A stretch of 63,924 bases of DNA, counting the filler, from Lama guanicoe (Eukaryota), in assembly GCA_013239625.1 (NCBI GenBank). It is 182 parts of 182 records of this genome, joined end to end, with 100 filler letters (N's around TTAATTAATTAA, not from the genome) between each part and the next. Parts side by side here need not be neighbours in the genome. Positions count along the whole stretch, not along the records: positions 25,662 to 25,913 come from PNXV01048605.1; positions 26,014 to 26,265 come from PNXV01048606.1; positions 26,366 to 26,617 come from PNXV01048607.1; positions 26,718 to 26,969 come from PNXV01048608.1; positions 27,070 to 27,321 come from PNXV01048609.1; positions 27,422 to 27,673 come from PNXV01048610.1; positions 27,774 to 28,025 come from PNXV01048611.1; positions 28,126 to 28,377 come from PNXV01048612.1; 174 more parts are not named here. One strand, given 5' to 3'. Positions 25,856 through 38,329 of this stretch are shown here, piece by piece. Made by a program: the position numbers and the translations under genes. The notes beneath the pieces were generated by a model. The model was not told where the DNA came from. It saw only the letters and a list, made by a program, of their open reading frames with translations, and made no database searches. Position 1 is the stretch's first letter, and every line of letters starts with the position of its first letter.

Positions 25856-27421
25856 GCAGGCCAGCCCGCCGCTCCCCTGGAGAGCCAGGCGGCGATCAGC
25901 CCCGCGGGAGCCGNNNNNNNNNNNNNNNNNNNNNNNNNNNNNNNNNNNNNNNNNNNNTTAATTAATTAANNNNNNNNNNNNNNNNNNNNNNNNNNNNNNN
26001 NNNNNNNNNNNNNGTGAAAGTCTGCGGCTTTCTCTGCACGAAGTTGGCTAAACAAAGCCATGTGGACTTCGGGGCCGGGGCAGGCCAGGCCCAGGCCCGA
26101 GAGGGGCTCCTGGGGAGGCTCAGAGCCTGGAGGGAGGGAGCGCCTGTGGGCACCAGGGATGCAGGCCGGGCCGGGCGCAGGAAGGAGCCCGAGGTAAGGG
26201 CAGCGAGGGGCGAGCACTAGGCAGGGAAGGAGGCGAGGAAAGCAACCAGGCCTAGCGAGTCGCACNNNNNNNNNNNNNNNNNNNNNNNNNNNNNNNNNNN
26301 NNNNNNNNNTTAATTAATTAANNNNNNNNNNNNNNNNNNNNNNNNNNNNNNNNNNNNNNNNNNNNGAAGGATTTGAGGAAAACATCACAAATAATAAGAG
26401 GCTTCAAAATAAAATCAGGGTTATCATGCACTTAGGATAAAAGAATCAAGAAGGTGCTTAAGTTAAATTAAGTAACGTGATTGGTGCCTGAATGACATAG
26501 GAAGGTTTTCAAGATAGACATTCAGGGGAAATGACATTTTATTTGAAGGAGACAAGCACCTCATGCTACAGTACATATGCTCTCCTTTCCAAAGTGCTTA
26601 TACACATATGATGTTATNNNNNNNNNNNNNNNNNNNNNNNNNNNNNNNNNNNNNNNNNNNNTTAATTAATTAANNNNNNNNNNNNNNNNNNNNNNNNNNN
26701 NNNNNNNNNNNNNNNNNTCTATCCCTGTCCTCTGTGCATATCCCTCCCTTGCTAGATAAATAAGCATTCATTGTATTGTTTATCCTTCTACTTTTTAGAT
26801 ATATTAGCAATTATGTTCTTTCTTATAAAATTAATGATATGCTACTATGCAGTCAACTCATCCACTTAAATGTACAATTTAATGGGTTTTAGTATATTCA
26901 CAAAGTTATGCAAACATCACCACAATTTTAGAACACTTTAATTATCCCAAAATGATACCCTGCCTGATGNNNNNNNNNNNNNNNNNNNNNNNNNNNNNNN
27001 NNNNNNNNNNNNNTTAATTAATTAANNNNNNNNNNNNNNNNNNNNNNNNNNNNNNNNNNNNNNNNNNNNAGTTCGAGCCCCCGCCTGCAGCGACAGCATC
27101 CAGAAACTTGACATCTTTCGGCCAATTCCGTTGAAATGCATGGAAATGGCTTTACTGCCTCGATATAGTCATTCATAAAATAAAATTACCGAGCTGTCAC
27201 GCAAAATGCGTTCTTTTCATATTTGTAATAAATCAGGTTAATTTAGGATGTGTTCCATTTTCTCTAAAACTTAACGGTCAGAACTTATGAAATGCCAAAA
27301 GCATGAACAGTTATCATCTTTNNNNNNNNNNNNNNNNNNNNNNNNNNNNNNNNNNNNNNNNNNNNTTAATTAATTAANNNNNNNNNNNNNNNNNNNNNNN
27401 NNNNNNNNNNNNNNNNNNNNN

Positions 27422-27635
27422 CACACACACCACACACACGTGTGTACATGCATGCACACACATGCATACCACACAACATGCAACACAACACAATACACAC
27501 ATGCACTTATGCACACACACCACACACATATGTGCACATGTACGCACGCACATGCACACACCACACAACACACATGTACACATCACACACATGCACACAC
27601 ACCACTTACATGCACACACACGCGCATGCACACAA
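27422..27635. repeat. Degenerate (CA)n / CACATG low-complexity repeat
   Basis: Continuous cacacac/catgcacaca units. Confidence 0.95.
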
Positions 27636-28829
27636 TTTTTTTCCTTCTCTTCCCCCTTCAACCACATGTAAGTNNNNNNNNNNNNNNNNNNNNNNNNNNN
27701 NNNNNNNNNNNNNNNNNTTAATTAATTAANNNNNNNNNNNNNNNNNNNNNNNNNNNNNNNNNNNNNNNNNNNNCGGCTGAAACACAAGCGACCAAGGCGG
27801 GGTTTAGAAATAAACGGTCCAGCCAAAACAAGAGACGCATCGGCAGGACCAGCCAGGGTCCAGAGAGGCGCGGCGAGAAGCCATCCCAGAGCACAGAAGC
27901 AGCCGCAGCCGCAGAATGGAAGGGCGGGTAAGACACTCCCTGAGAAGTCAGCTCCCCCAGGACATTCCTACAGCTGCTCTGACCCGTGTCATCCACGGAA
28001 GAGGCGCCTTGCATTGGGCTCTCCANNNNNNNNNNNNNNNNNNNNNNNNNNNNNNNNNNNNNNNNNNNNTTAATTAATTAANNNNNNNNNNNNNNNNNNN
28101 NNNNNNNNNNNNNNNNNNNNNNNNNTTCTGATGCCCACTGCAGCTACTGGTGGTGCTGAGTGGCCGGCAGACCTACTCGGAATGAAAAGTGAGGTGCGGG
28201 GTGGTGAGGGGGCTGCAGAGCTGGGGAGAAGGGGGAGGCAGGGCGGAGAGGCCGACGGCGGTCCTGCCACCAGAGCCCGCAGTGCCTTTAAGGATGGCTG
28301 GGTGAGCGCTTTAATGAGCCCCCTCCCGCACTCATACAGACTTGCTGAGTAAAACTGCCCTTTCCCCGAAGTGATCANNNNNNNNNNNNNNNNNNNNNNN
28401 NNNNNNNNNNNNNNNNNNNNNTTAATTAATTAANNNNNNNNNNNNNNNNNNNNNNNNNNNNNNNNNNNNNNNNNNNNCAGCCTTCAGTGCCTTTACTGCA
28501 TCACACACTCGAGCCGGGTAGACACAGGCGGCAGCCGTAGTGATGCCTGTCAAGAGAGAAACCATAACACCCACTTCATGTGAAGTTCAAGCCACACAGT
28601 ATGCTTTTAATTATTACTCATACGTCAACATCGGCAGAAGCCGAAATGAGAGAGAAAGTCATCCCCTTACCGTGCTGCAGCAAATTAAAAGGTTTTTACT
28701 TCCCGTAATCCCTTCCAGTGCTTGACAACNNNNNNNNNNNNNNNNNNNNNNNNNNNNNNNNNNNNNNNNNNNNTTAATTAATTAANNNNNNNNNNNNNNN
28801 NNNNNNNNNNNNNNNNNNNNNNNNNNNNN

Positions 28830-28872
<43 letters not shown>

Positions 28873-28891
28873 TTATTAATTATTATTAATT
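28830..28891. repeat. (ATT)n microsatellite
   Basis: attattattatt... run at the fragment start. Confidence 0.95.
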
Positions 28892-29889
28892 ACCAAAGTA
28901 TTATGACTGGAAAACAACAGAGCTAACAGTCCAATTCCTGCCAGTTTCTCTTTAAATCTAGGCCATTTTCCATTATCTTATGCTATCTCTTTTTGACTAG
29001 ATATTATAAGAGAAAATATATTTAAAACTACTCTATTTCACCATTAAACTCTCTTACCCACATGGAGATTACATCATAGTNNNNNNNNNNNNNNNNNNNN
29101 NNNNNNNNNNNNNNNNNNNNNNNNTTAATTAATTAANNNNNNNNNNNNNNNNNNNNNNNNNNNNNNNNNNNNNNNNNNNNATTCACTCTTTAAAGTGTGC
29201 AATGTGATAGTTTTTAGTATGTTTACAGAGTTGTGCAAGCATCATCACAGTCTAATTTCAAACATTTTCATCAGCCCCTAAAGAAACACTCTACTATGAG
29301 CAGTCATTCCCCACTGAGTTATTTTTAATGGAAGAAAGTCAGCTGAGATAAATGCAGTTACTCTAGGGTGTTGTAAAATCAGGGAGAGAATCACTGATGT
29401 ATAAAAACCTTGGTTGCAGTGATGGCTCCTTCNNNNNNNNNNNNNNNNNNNNNNNNNNNNNNNNNNNNNNNNNNNNTTAATTAATTAANNNNNNNNNNNN
29501 NNNNNNNNNNNNNNNNNNNNNNNNNNNNNNNNTAAAAAATTAAAAATATTATTTCTTGATCATGTGGCACGTTCTTCAAGGGGGCAACAGAAGGGCTTCT
29601 GGCCACCGTGACATCTTTCTCACTTTACAGACGTTGTCACTGCACTCAAGTCACTGTTGCCACCAAGCTGGCCTCTGCACCCTGAAAGCCGGACTGAGAC
29701 ATGGAGGCAGAGTTTGGGGAGGGAAAAAAAAAAAGCCCAGCTTCATTGCAAAGGGGAGTCATAGCTGGCCATGCCTTAGAGAGTNNNNNNNNNNNNNNNN
29801 NNNNNNNNNNNNNNNNNNNNNNNNNNNNTTAATTAATTAANNNNNNNNNNNNNNNNNNNNNNNNNNNNNNNNNNNNNNNNNNNNGAATT

Positions 29890-30055
29890 ATATGATTTCA
29901 TTTAGGACCCACCCAGATAATCCACAATAATCTCCCCACTTCAGGATTCTTAACTTAATCACATCTGTAAAGACTTTTCTCCATATATGGTAACGTTCAC
30001 AGATTTCAAGAATTAGAATCCAGTTATCTTTGTAATCTATTTTCCAGCCCGTCAC
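29890..30055 (-). mobile_element. MaLR LTR (MLT1-type) fragment
   Basis: gataatccacaataatctcccc...cttaacttaatcacatctgtaaagact...ggtaacgttcacagatttc. Confidence 0.78.
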
Positions 30056-31290
30056 AGCGGGTTTAATCCTTGTTAACAAAGTGGTGTATTTTATTGAACT
30101 CCTCAGTGATAGCATTTACTTATTCTCATTTCACAGNNNNNNNNNNNNNNNNNNNNNNNNNNNNNNNNNNNNNNNNNNNNTTAATTAATTAANNNNNNNN
30201 NNNNNNNNNNNNNNNNNNNNNNNNNNNNNNNNNNNNCACACACTTATCTTTCAGAACTCAGCATGTGGAGAGACGTTCGTTCATCTAGCACAATGGGAAC
30301 GGGTTGCAAGAGAAACACTTACTCTGGTGACTCAGTCAGTTTCCTAGGGCCGGTTTGACGTTCCTGCAGTTTTCAATCCAAAATCAATTTGGAGCTGGTA
30401 CCGTCTCATATATATGTGTGCAGTGTAGTTTCCTAAAGAAAAGAAACTTTGTGTTCCCAACAAGCTAGGTGAAGGACGGCTTTCACNNNNNNNNNNNNNN
30501 NNNNNNNNNNNNNNNNNNNNNNNNNNNNNNTTAATTAATTAANNNNNNNNNNNNNNNNNNNNNNNNNNNNNNNNNNNNNNNNNNNNCAGGGCAGCCCTGG
30601 GCAGCGGTACCACGTCGGTACCACGTCACAGGTCCGATCACAAAGGATGTTCTTCAGTCGGGAAGGTGGGACCGCTGACCTCCACCCCGACCAGCGAAGC
30701 ACAGGACGCGCCACTAAGCGTCCCTGCTCCGTCCAGCATGGCTGTTGCCCGGTCAGCCCCCGGCAGGAACGCACCCACCAGGTCACAGTGTCTGCTTTAA
30801 ACAGACCCGCAGGCCCATCCGAGCTGAATATAAACCAANNNNNNNNNNNNNNNNNNNNNNNNNNNNNNNNNNNNNNNNNNNNTTAATTAATTAANNNNNN
30901 NNNNNNNNNNNNNNNNNNNNNNNNNNNNNNNNNNNNNNCTATTACTTTGATTCATTCCTTTACAAGTAAGGGAAACTATGTTCCAGATGTTTCAAACTTT
31001 TAGGAAAAGATTGGAGAAAATATTCAAGTATCAGTGATAGGCATGTTCATAACAGAACATAAAGATTTTTGAAAGTGTGTAAATAAATGTAATAATCAGG
31101 GTAACAGTAAGGACTGCATTGTAAGACCTACAGGGATGCTCAGGTGTTCTGTTCCTCTCTGTACTATAGAATATGTTTCGTGTAGTTTGGNNNNNNNNNN
31201 NNNNNNNNNNNNNNNNNNNNNNNNNNNNNNNNNNTTAATTAATTAANNNNNNNNNNNNNNNNNNNNNNNNNNNNNNNNNNNNNNNNNNNN

Positions 31291-31542
31291 TCTGTTTCTG
31301 TGCCAGTACCATATTGTTTTGATTACTGTAGCTTTGTAGCATAGTCTGAAGTCAGGGAGTGTGATTCCCCCAGCTCCGTTCTTCTTTTTCAAGACTGTTT
31401 TGGCTATTCGGGGTCGTTTGTGTTTCCATACAAATTTGAACATTTTTTGTTCCAGCTCTGTGAAAAATGTCAATAATTTGATAGGGATTGCAGTGAATCT
31501 GTATATTGCCTTGGGCAGTATGGCCATTTTAACAATATTGAT
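31291..31542 (-). mobile_element. Relatively young L1 ORF2 fragment (open frame)
   Basis: [43 protein letters not shown]...[24 protein letters not shown], the post-RT region of L1 ORF2p. Confidence 0.96.
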
Positions 31543-31642
31543 NNNNNNNNNNNNNNNNNNNNNNNNNNNNNNNNNNNNNNNNNNNNTTAATTAATTAANN
31601 NNNNNNNNNNNNNNNNNNNNNNNNNNNNNNNNNNNNNNNNNN

Positions 31643-31894
31643 GGCCCCGCAGCCCAGGGCGGCAGGAGGTCTGACTTCCGGCGGACCCTGAGCTTCCCGA
31701 CACGCTCGCTGCAGCGTGTTCGCGCGCGAAGTAACACGCCCGCAGGCTCCACGGCAGTCCCGCGGCTGACCGCAAAGGGCCAGGAGGTGGGTGATGGCCC
31801 AGCTCCCGGGAATCCCGGCCCCTTCCCCAGAGTAGCTGGGGGCGCTCCCACTTGTCAGCATAGGAAGCCACGGAGCTCGTAAAAACGAAACCCC
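31643..31894. mobile_element. ERV1 LTR fragment of the same family as 3511-3761, with CpG-island-like composition
   Basis: Its reverse complement aligns by eye colinearly with 3511-3761, mostly through A/T versus G/C differences. Confidence 0.7.
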
Positions 31895-32850
31895 NNNNNN
31901 NNNNNNNNNNNNNNNNNNNNNNNNNNNNNNNNNNNNNNTTAATTAATTAANNNNNNNNNNNNNNNNNNNNNNNNNNNNNNNNNNNNNNNNNNNNCATTGA
32001 GGTCTGTGCTCACAGCAGACCAGCCTGACATGTCCGGTAAGTCAGCGAACATCCCTGGAGGTTGACTTTTCTGCCGTCTGTGCTTAAACGCCAGTGTGGG
32101 GCCAGGGAAGGGGGTAGCTTGTGGGTAGATGGAAGGCATGCTTCGGCCGCAAGATTTCCTGGGCTCCATCGCCAGGACCTCCGTCGAAGGAAAAAAGCTA
32201 CGTGCGAACCTTAAGTACCTCAAGACTGTAGGTCCAGATACCACCTNNNNNNNNNNNNNNNNNNNNNNNNNNNNNNNNNNNNNNNNNNNNTTAATTAATT
32301 AANNNNNNNNNNNNNNNNNNNNNNNNNNNNNNNNNNNNNNNNNNNNTATCAGGGTGATGAAAGCTTCATAGAATTAATTTGGAAGTTTCCCACATCTTCA
32401 CTATGTTTCAATATTTTGAAGAGTTAAAATTCTGCTTCATATTTTTGTACAGTTCTCCACGGGAGCTGTTTATATTTGCACTTCTATTCAACAATTTTTT
32501 TAAATGCAGATTCTATCTTAATTCTAGTAAACAGTTTGTTCAAATTATTTTTTCTCCTTATCTCTGTCTCTTTCTAGACATTTGTCTATTTCTTCTAANN
32601 NNNNNNNNNNNNNNNNNNNNNNNNNNNNNNNNNNNNNNNNNNTTAATTAATTAANNNNNNNNNNNNNNNNNNNNNNNNNNNNNNNNNNNNNNNNNNNNGA
32701 AAAATTAGAATACAATCTGGGTATTCGACTGGATTAAGACAATATTAATTATTTTGGCAAGCATTTTAACTATAAAGGAAAATGTTACACTTTTGTTACA
32801 CATACAGACACATAAAAACAAAAAACATCATTCATACCTCAAAATGTATA

Positions 32851-32950
32851 CAGTTGACCTTTGAATAATATGATTTGAATTTTGTGGGGCCACTTATACA
32901 CGGATTTGTTTCAGTACATAAGCACCCCTGTACTACACGACCGAGGTTGC
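32851..32950 (+). mobile_element. Tigger2/MER8/MER28-like Tc1-mariner element 5' end
   Basis: TA target followed by TIR cagttgacctttgaa...ccacttatacacggattt. Confidence 0.72.
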
Positions 32951-33754
32951 NNNNNNNNNNNNNNNNNNNNNNNNNNNNNNNNNNNNNNNNNNNNTTAATT
33001 AATTAANNNNNNNNNNNNNNNNNNNNNNNNNNNNNNNNNNNNNNNNNNNNGAACTTTAACCCTTTTATCTCTGCTTAATATTTTATATTGAACATTTTCT
33101 CTTATGACTTAATGTTCTTTAAAAACAAGCAGAATTTAATGGCTATATACACTATTTCTACAATGTGAATAGACCATCAATTAAGCAATCACATCATTTT
33201 TTATGTGTAGATTGTTTCTAACTTATTGTTCTTATGACCATTCTGGAATGAGCATTTTTAGCAATACTTATTTGAATTTCTTACTATTTCCTTAACATTT
33301 TCNNNNNNNNNNNNNNNNNNNNNNNNNNNNNNNNNNNNNNNNNNNNTTAATTAATTAANNNNNNNNNNNNNNNNNNNNNNNNNNNNNNNNNNNNNNNNNN
33401 NNAAAGAAAAGAGGACTTTCCTTTGTAGATCCTTACTCTTTAAAGACACGTCTTCACCAATCCCAGCCTTTGTCAAGAAAAGCCACTATGACCAGTTTTG
33501 TGGCTGCTTTTCCACGCTTGGTAGTAATTGTTCCAGGGTAAGGGAAAGAGGTATATACTGCTGTGAGCAAGGGAGACATATGGGTGATCACTTTTAATGA
33601 AAGAAAAAAAAAAGATGCTTGGCCACTCTCTCAGTTTTCTGAGCATGACTTATGNNNNNNNNNNNNNNNNNNNNNNNNNNNNNNNNNNNNNNNNNNNNTT
33701 AATTAATTAANNNNNNNNNNNNNNNNNNNNNNNNNNNNNNNNNNNNNNNNNNNN

Positions 33755-34006
33755 AAAGAAGACTTTTAAAAATGGAAAGATATCCCATGCTCCTGGATTG
33801 GAAAAAATCACTATTGTTAAAGTGGTCATACTGCCCAAGACAATCTACAGATTTAATTCAATCACTGTAAAATTACTCAGGACATATTTCACAGAGCTAA
33901 AACAAACCATAATAAAATTTATATGAAATCACAAAAGACCCAGAATTGCCAAAGCGATACTGAAGAAAAAGAATGAGGCTGTAGGAATAACCCTCCCAGA
34001 CTTCAG
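33755..34006 (+). mobile_element. L1 ORF2 fragment
   Basis: aaatggaaagatatcccatgctcctggattgg...atctacagatttaa...cacaaaagacccagaattgccaaagc...ccctcccagacttcag. Confidence 0.93.
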
Positions 34007-34517
34007 NNNNNNNNNNNNNNNNNNNNNNNNNNNNNNNNNNNNNNNNNNNNTTAATTAATTAANNNNNNNNNNNNNNNNNNNNNNNNNNNNNNNNNNNNNN
34101 NNNNNNCTAAACCTAAGACTGAATGTAGCTGGAATTCAGAATTAGAAACCAAAGTACAAATTAATTGGATTCAAATAATTTTAGTCTTTAATTTTTTTTT
34201 TTTTTGCTCTTTCCATTCCTATCAACTTCTCTTTCCTTCATAATGACATTTACTTTTATGTGACTGTCTTCCAATGAAAGGAGGATAATTTGTAATGTGG
34301 CCCCAAAAGAAAGAAAGAATTAGACTTGAGAAAAAGATAAACATAAAGGAGAAAAATANNNNNNNNNNNNNNNNNNNNNNNNNNNNNNNNNNNNNNNNNN
34401 NNTTAATTAATTAANNNNNNNNNNNNNNNNNNNNNNNNNNNNNNNNNNNNNNNNNNNNGAGTGCAGGTGTGATCACCCACCCTTCCCCGGGGAGCGGGCT
34501 TGTGGCCGGCGGGGGCA

Positions 34518-34669
34518 GGCATCGCGGCCCCCCTCGGCCACGTGGTCTGTCCCGTGTCACCGGGGCACGTGGCTGCCCCCAGCCATGTTTCTCCCACGTA
34601 ATCGAGGCATGTGGCCGCCCTCTCAGCCACGTGGTCTATCCCGTGTCACCGAGGCGTGTGGCCGCCCTG
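34518..34669. repeat. GC-rich minisatellite, about 45-bp unit, about 3.3 copies
   Basis: Repeated ...gccacgtggtct(g/a)tcccgtgtcaccg(g/a)ggc...gtggc units. Confidence 0.7.
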
Positions 34670-36922
34670 TTAGGCTGTTGTCTGTTTTGTGCTCGGTGCA
34701 GTGAGCACCCNNNNNNNNNNNNNNNNNNNNNNNNNNNNNNNNNNNNNNNNNNNNTTAATTAATTAANNNNNNNNNNNNNNNNNNNNNNNNNNNNNNNNNN
34801 NNNNNNNNNNGTACTCAAACCTGCTACTCGGGCAGCCCCCTTCCTTTGCACAGTCCTTCTAGTGGATATATTGTCATATTGTGTGTCTGCAAGTGGGAAC
34901 TGATGTATTAGACATGAAAAATGTAGAATCAGAAGATTAGGTTCAAGATGACACAGAAGATGTTAAACATTTTGTTGGATGACTGTTGCTAACTGTATTC
35001 TTGAAGGGAGTTAGTAATATTTTATTTTGAAATTGTAAAATTGACTTTACATATGCTATTCANNNNNNNNNNNNNNNNNNNNNNNNNNNNNNNNNNNNNN
35101 NNNNNNTTAATTAATTAANNNNNNNNNNNNNNNNNNNNNNNNNNNNNNNNNNNNNNNNNNNNCCCAACCTTCTTTCTCTTTTCAGCTCTTCCCTCTTTTC
35201 TGTGTGTTCACCAAGAAAGGCAGAAATCCCACCCTGCTCCGAGTCTTCCCACATTCTGCTTCCGTGTCTTTCTGAATGTCAGCTCTCCTCACTGGGAACG
35301 ACCTTCCTGTCAAGCATGGGTCCTGCTGAATTAAAATGTCAGCCTTGTGTCTTTCTGTCAGAAATCACCTCAGAACCTGAGTAACTCCTCTCTGCCCTGA
35401 ACCCCAAAGCTATCNNNNNNNNNNNNNNNNNNNNNNNNNNNNNNNNNNNNNNNNNNNNTTAATTAATTAANNNNNNNNNNNNNNNNNNNNNNNNNNNNNN
35501 NNNNNNNNNNNNNNGCTTGACGCTCCTACTGCTCCCCAAGTGGGGTTCACAGCCCGAGCCTCGCCGCGGCCGGGGCCGGACGTGACCCCGAGGTGACCAC
35601 GACGTGACCACGACGTGACCAGCACGTACCGCAGCGCCTGCGTCTCCTTCCGCCGGTTAAGCCCCGGCCGCAGCCACACAGCACACACCACCTGGCTCGT
35701 CCGATTGTCCACCCGAATGTGTGGGTCGTGCATGCAGTGCGTTTCTTAATTTTTTAATATATATAANNNNNNNNNNNNNNNNNNNNNNNNNNNNNNNNNN
35801 NNNNNNNNNNTTAATTAATTAANNNNNNNNNNNNNNNNNNNNNNNNNNNNNNNNNNNNNNNNNNNNGCTCCAGCCTAGGACGCAGACCCGCCCGGGCTCG
35901 GGGGACCCACACGGGGCCTGGGGACATGCCCCTCACCCGCAGCCTCCTGCCCGGTGGGCGGGAGTCCTGGGCCCGGAGCAGCTGGGCGGGCGGTGCTCCC
36001 CGAGTGGCCCCGGACGCCCTGGGCGCCTGGCTGCTGAGGTGTTGCAGCCCCTCCTCCAGGCAGACCGCTGGGATTAGGAAGCAGGCGTTGAGGGCGAGAC
36101 CCGGCCAGGAGAGGGCTTNNNNNNNNNNNNNNNNNNNNNNNNNNNNNNNNNNNNNNNNNNNNTTAATTAATTAANNNNNNNNNNNNNNNNNNNNNNNNNN
36201 NNNNNNNNNNNNNNNNNNAGGCGTCGCAGGCCCCCGGGGTCCTGCTGCATCCAGCGTCTCCTCTACGTGACGTACAACTCGCTTTATCTTGGAACCAGAT
36301 TTTCATGGCTGTAGTGAGCAATACGACGTGAAGCAGTTCCTGACATTGTATCAGATAACCTAGTTTCAAAAACCCTTGAATCTCTCCCCTATGACCTACA
36401 AAATAAAAAGTATTAAGTGTTTGCTGTGGCCTGGAGCGCTTTAGCCAACAGCCTCGGGCTCCTTTTGGGGNNNNNNNNNNNNNNNNNNNNNNNNNNNNNN
36501 NNNNNNNNNNNNNNTTAATTAATTAANNNNNNNNNNNNNNNNNNNNNNNNNNNNNNNNNNNNNNNNNNNNCTGACACCTCCCGTGCACCAGGCACTGTGC
36601 AGGGCTCCGGGCTTTAGTGGGGACAAGACAGGCAGACACCCTGCTCTCCAGGGCCTGACACCGGAGGGACCGGGGGAGGGAGACAGACAACGAAGTAACA
36701 AACAATGAACAAACAAATGCTGAAGTGTAAAGTGCTGTGACATCAACACACAAGGGAAGGGACAGCTGTTTATGAACAGGTGACCTGTCCTGTATTTTAG
36801 AGACAATTTTTCTTTAAAAGTANNNNNNNNNNNNNNNNNNNNNNNNNNNNNNNNNNNNNNNNNNNNTTAATTAATTAANNNNNNNNNNNNNNNNNNNNNN
36901 NNNNNNNNNNNNNNNNNNNNNN

Positions 36923-37173
36923 CAATCCCATTCCTGGGCATATATCCAGAGGGAACTCTAATTCCAAAAGATAGGTGCACCCCATTTTTCATAGCAGCAC
37001 TATATACAATAGCCAAGACATGGAAATGACCTAAATATCCATCAACAGATGACTGGATAAAAACTTTGTGGTATATTTATACAATGGAATAGTACTCAGC
37101 TATAAAAAAGAATAAAATAATATCTTTGCAACAACATGGATGGACCTGGAGATTGTCATTCTAAGTGAAGTAA
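36923..37173 (+). mobile_element. L1 ORF2 C-terminal fragment
   Basis: caatcccattcctgggcatatatccaga...atagcagcactatatacaatagccaagacatgg...acatggatggacctggagattgtcattctaagtgaag. Confidence 0.94.
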
Positions 37174-37625
37174 NNNNNNNNNNNNNNNNNNNNNNNNNNN
37201 NNNNNNNNNNNNNNNNNTTAATTAATTAANNNNNNNNNNNNNNNNNNNNNNNNNNNNNNNNNNNNNNNNNNNNCATTTGTGACTCCGACTCTCACAGGGT
37301 TCTCCCCACCTCAATCATCTGCCTGACTGCCCTCTCCCTTCCATCCCCAGCTGAGGACATCCTACTCGTCCTCCCCGAAGGTGCACGTCAAACTGTCTCC
37401 TCTTCCCTAACAGCTTTTCTGCTTCCAGATGCTGCCCCTCCTCCCGCGGAGTGGCAGGAGGACTTATTCTCCGATGGAAATGGCCACGTCCTGCCTGACA
37501 GTGTGGTTGTTTGTTTCAGCTCCTCNNNNNNNNNNNNNNNNNNNNNNNNNNNNNNNNNNNNNNNNNNNNTTAATTAATTAANNNNNNNNNNNNNNNNNNN
37601 NNNNNNNNNNNNNNNNNNNNNNNNN

Positions 37626-37776
37626 AAACAATGGGTCAATGAGGAAATCAAAGCTGAAATTAAAAATACCTTGAAACAAATGACAAGGAAAGCACAACCA
37701 CACAAAATCTATGGGACACAACAAAGGCAGTGATAAGAGGGAAGTGATACAGGACTTTCAGAAAAAAAGAAGAACA
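37626..37776 (+). mobile_element. L1 ORF2 fragment (post-endonuclease region)
   Basis: caatgggtcaatgaggaaatcaaag...caaaatctatgggacacaacaaaggcagtgataagagggaag. Confidence 0.88.
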
Positions 37777-37877
37777 GGAGAGTCGGAGAAGATGGCGGAG
37801 TAGGAGGACACTCGTAAGTCACTCTCTACCACAAATACACCAAGACCCACATCTACAGACCCATTCAGCCAACCAGA
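37777..37877 (+). mobile_element. 5' terminus / internal promoter of a second L1 inserted into the first
   Basis: G-rich start ggagagtcggag followed by the YY1-type motif AAGATGGCGG (37789-37798) and agtaggaggac, directly after an A-rich target. Confidence 0.7.
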
Positions 37878-38329
37878 NNNNNNNNNNNNNNNNNNNNNNN
37901 NNNNNNNNNNNNNNNNNNNNNTTAATTAATTAANNNNNNNNNNNNNNNNNNNNNNNNNNNNNNNNNNNNNNNNNNNNACAAATTAATCATGCAATTCCGC
38001 TGTTTAAAACCCACCAATGGCTTCCCGGTGAACTTAGAACACAACCCCTTATCATGGCCTTCAAGGGCCCCCTACCCTGATCTTATCCTTGCATTCCCCT
38101 GCAGCCTCATCTCCTCGACTCCCTGATAGCTCACATGCTCTAGCTTGCCTTCTCACTCTGCCCCAGGGCCTTTGCACTTACAGACCCTTTGCCCAGCCAT
38201 CTTTCCATGGCCACCATCATTCAGTCTCANNNNNNNNNNNNNNNNNNNNNNNNNNNNNNNNNNNNNNNNNNNNTTAATTAATTAANNNNNNNNNNNNNNN
38301 NNNNNNNNNNNNNNNNNNNNNNNNNNNNN

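Noticed and set aside
20736..25913. Apparent cluster of RT + zinc-finger relic + tRNA as a retron-like or novel retro-system
   Set aside because: The pieces are on separate unlinked contigs ordered by length. The RT is a standard retroviral type, and the proximity is an assembly artefact.
27370..27729. Cys/Val-rich and His/Thr-rich ORFs resembling metal-binding proteins
   Set aside because: They are translations of a degenerate (CA)n repeat.
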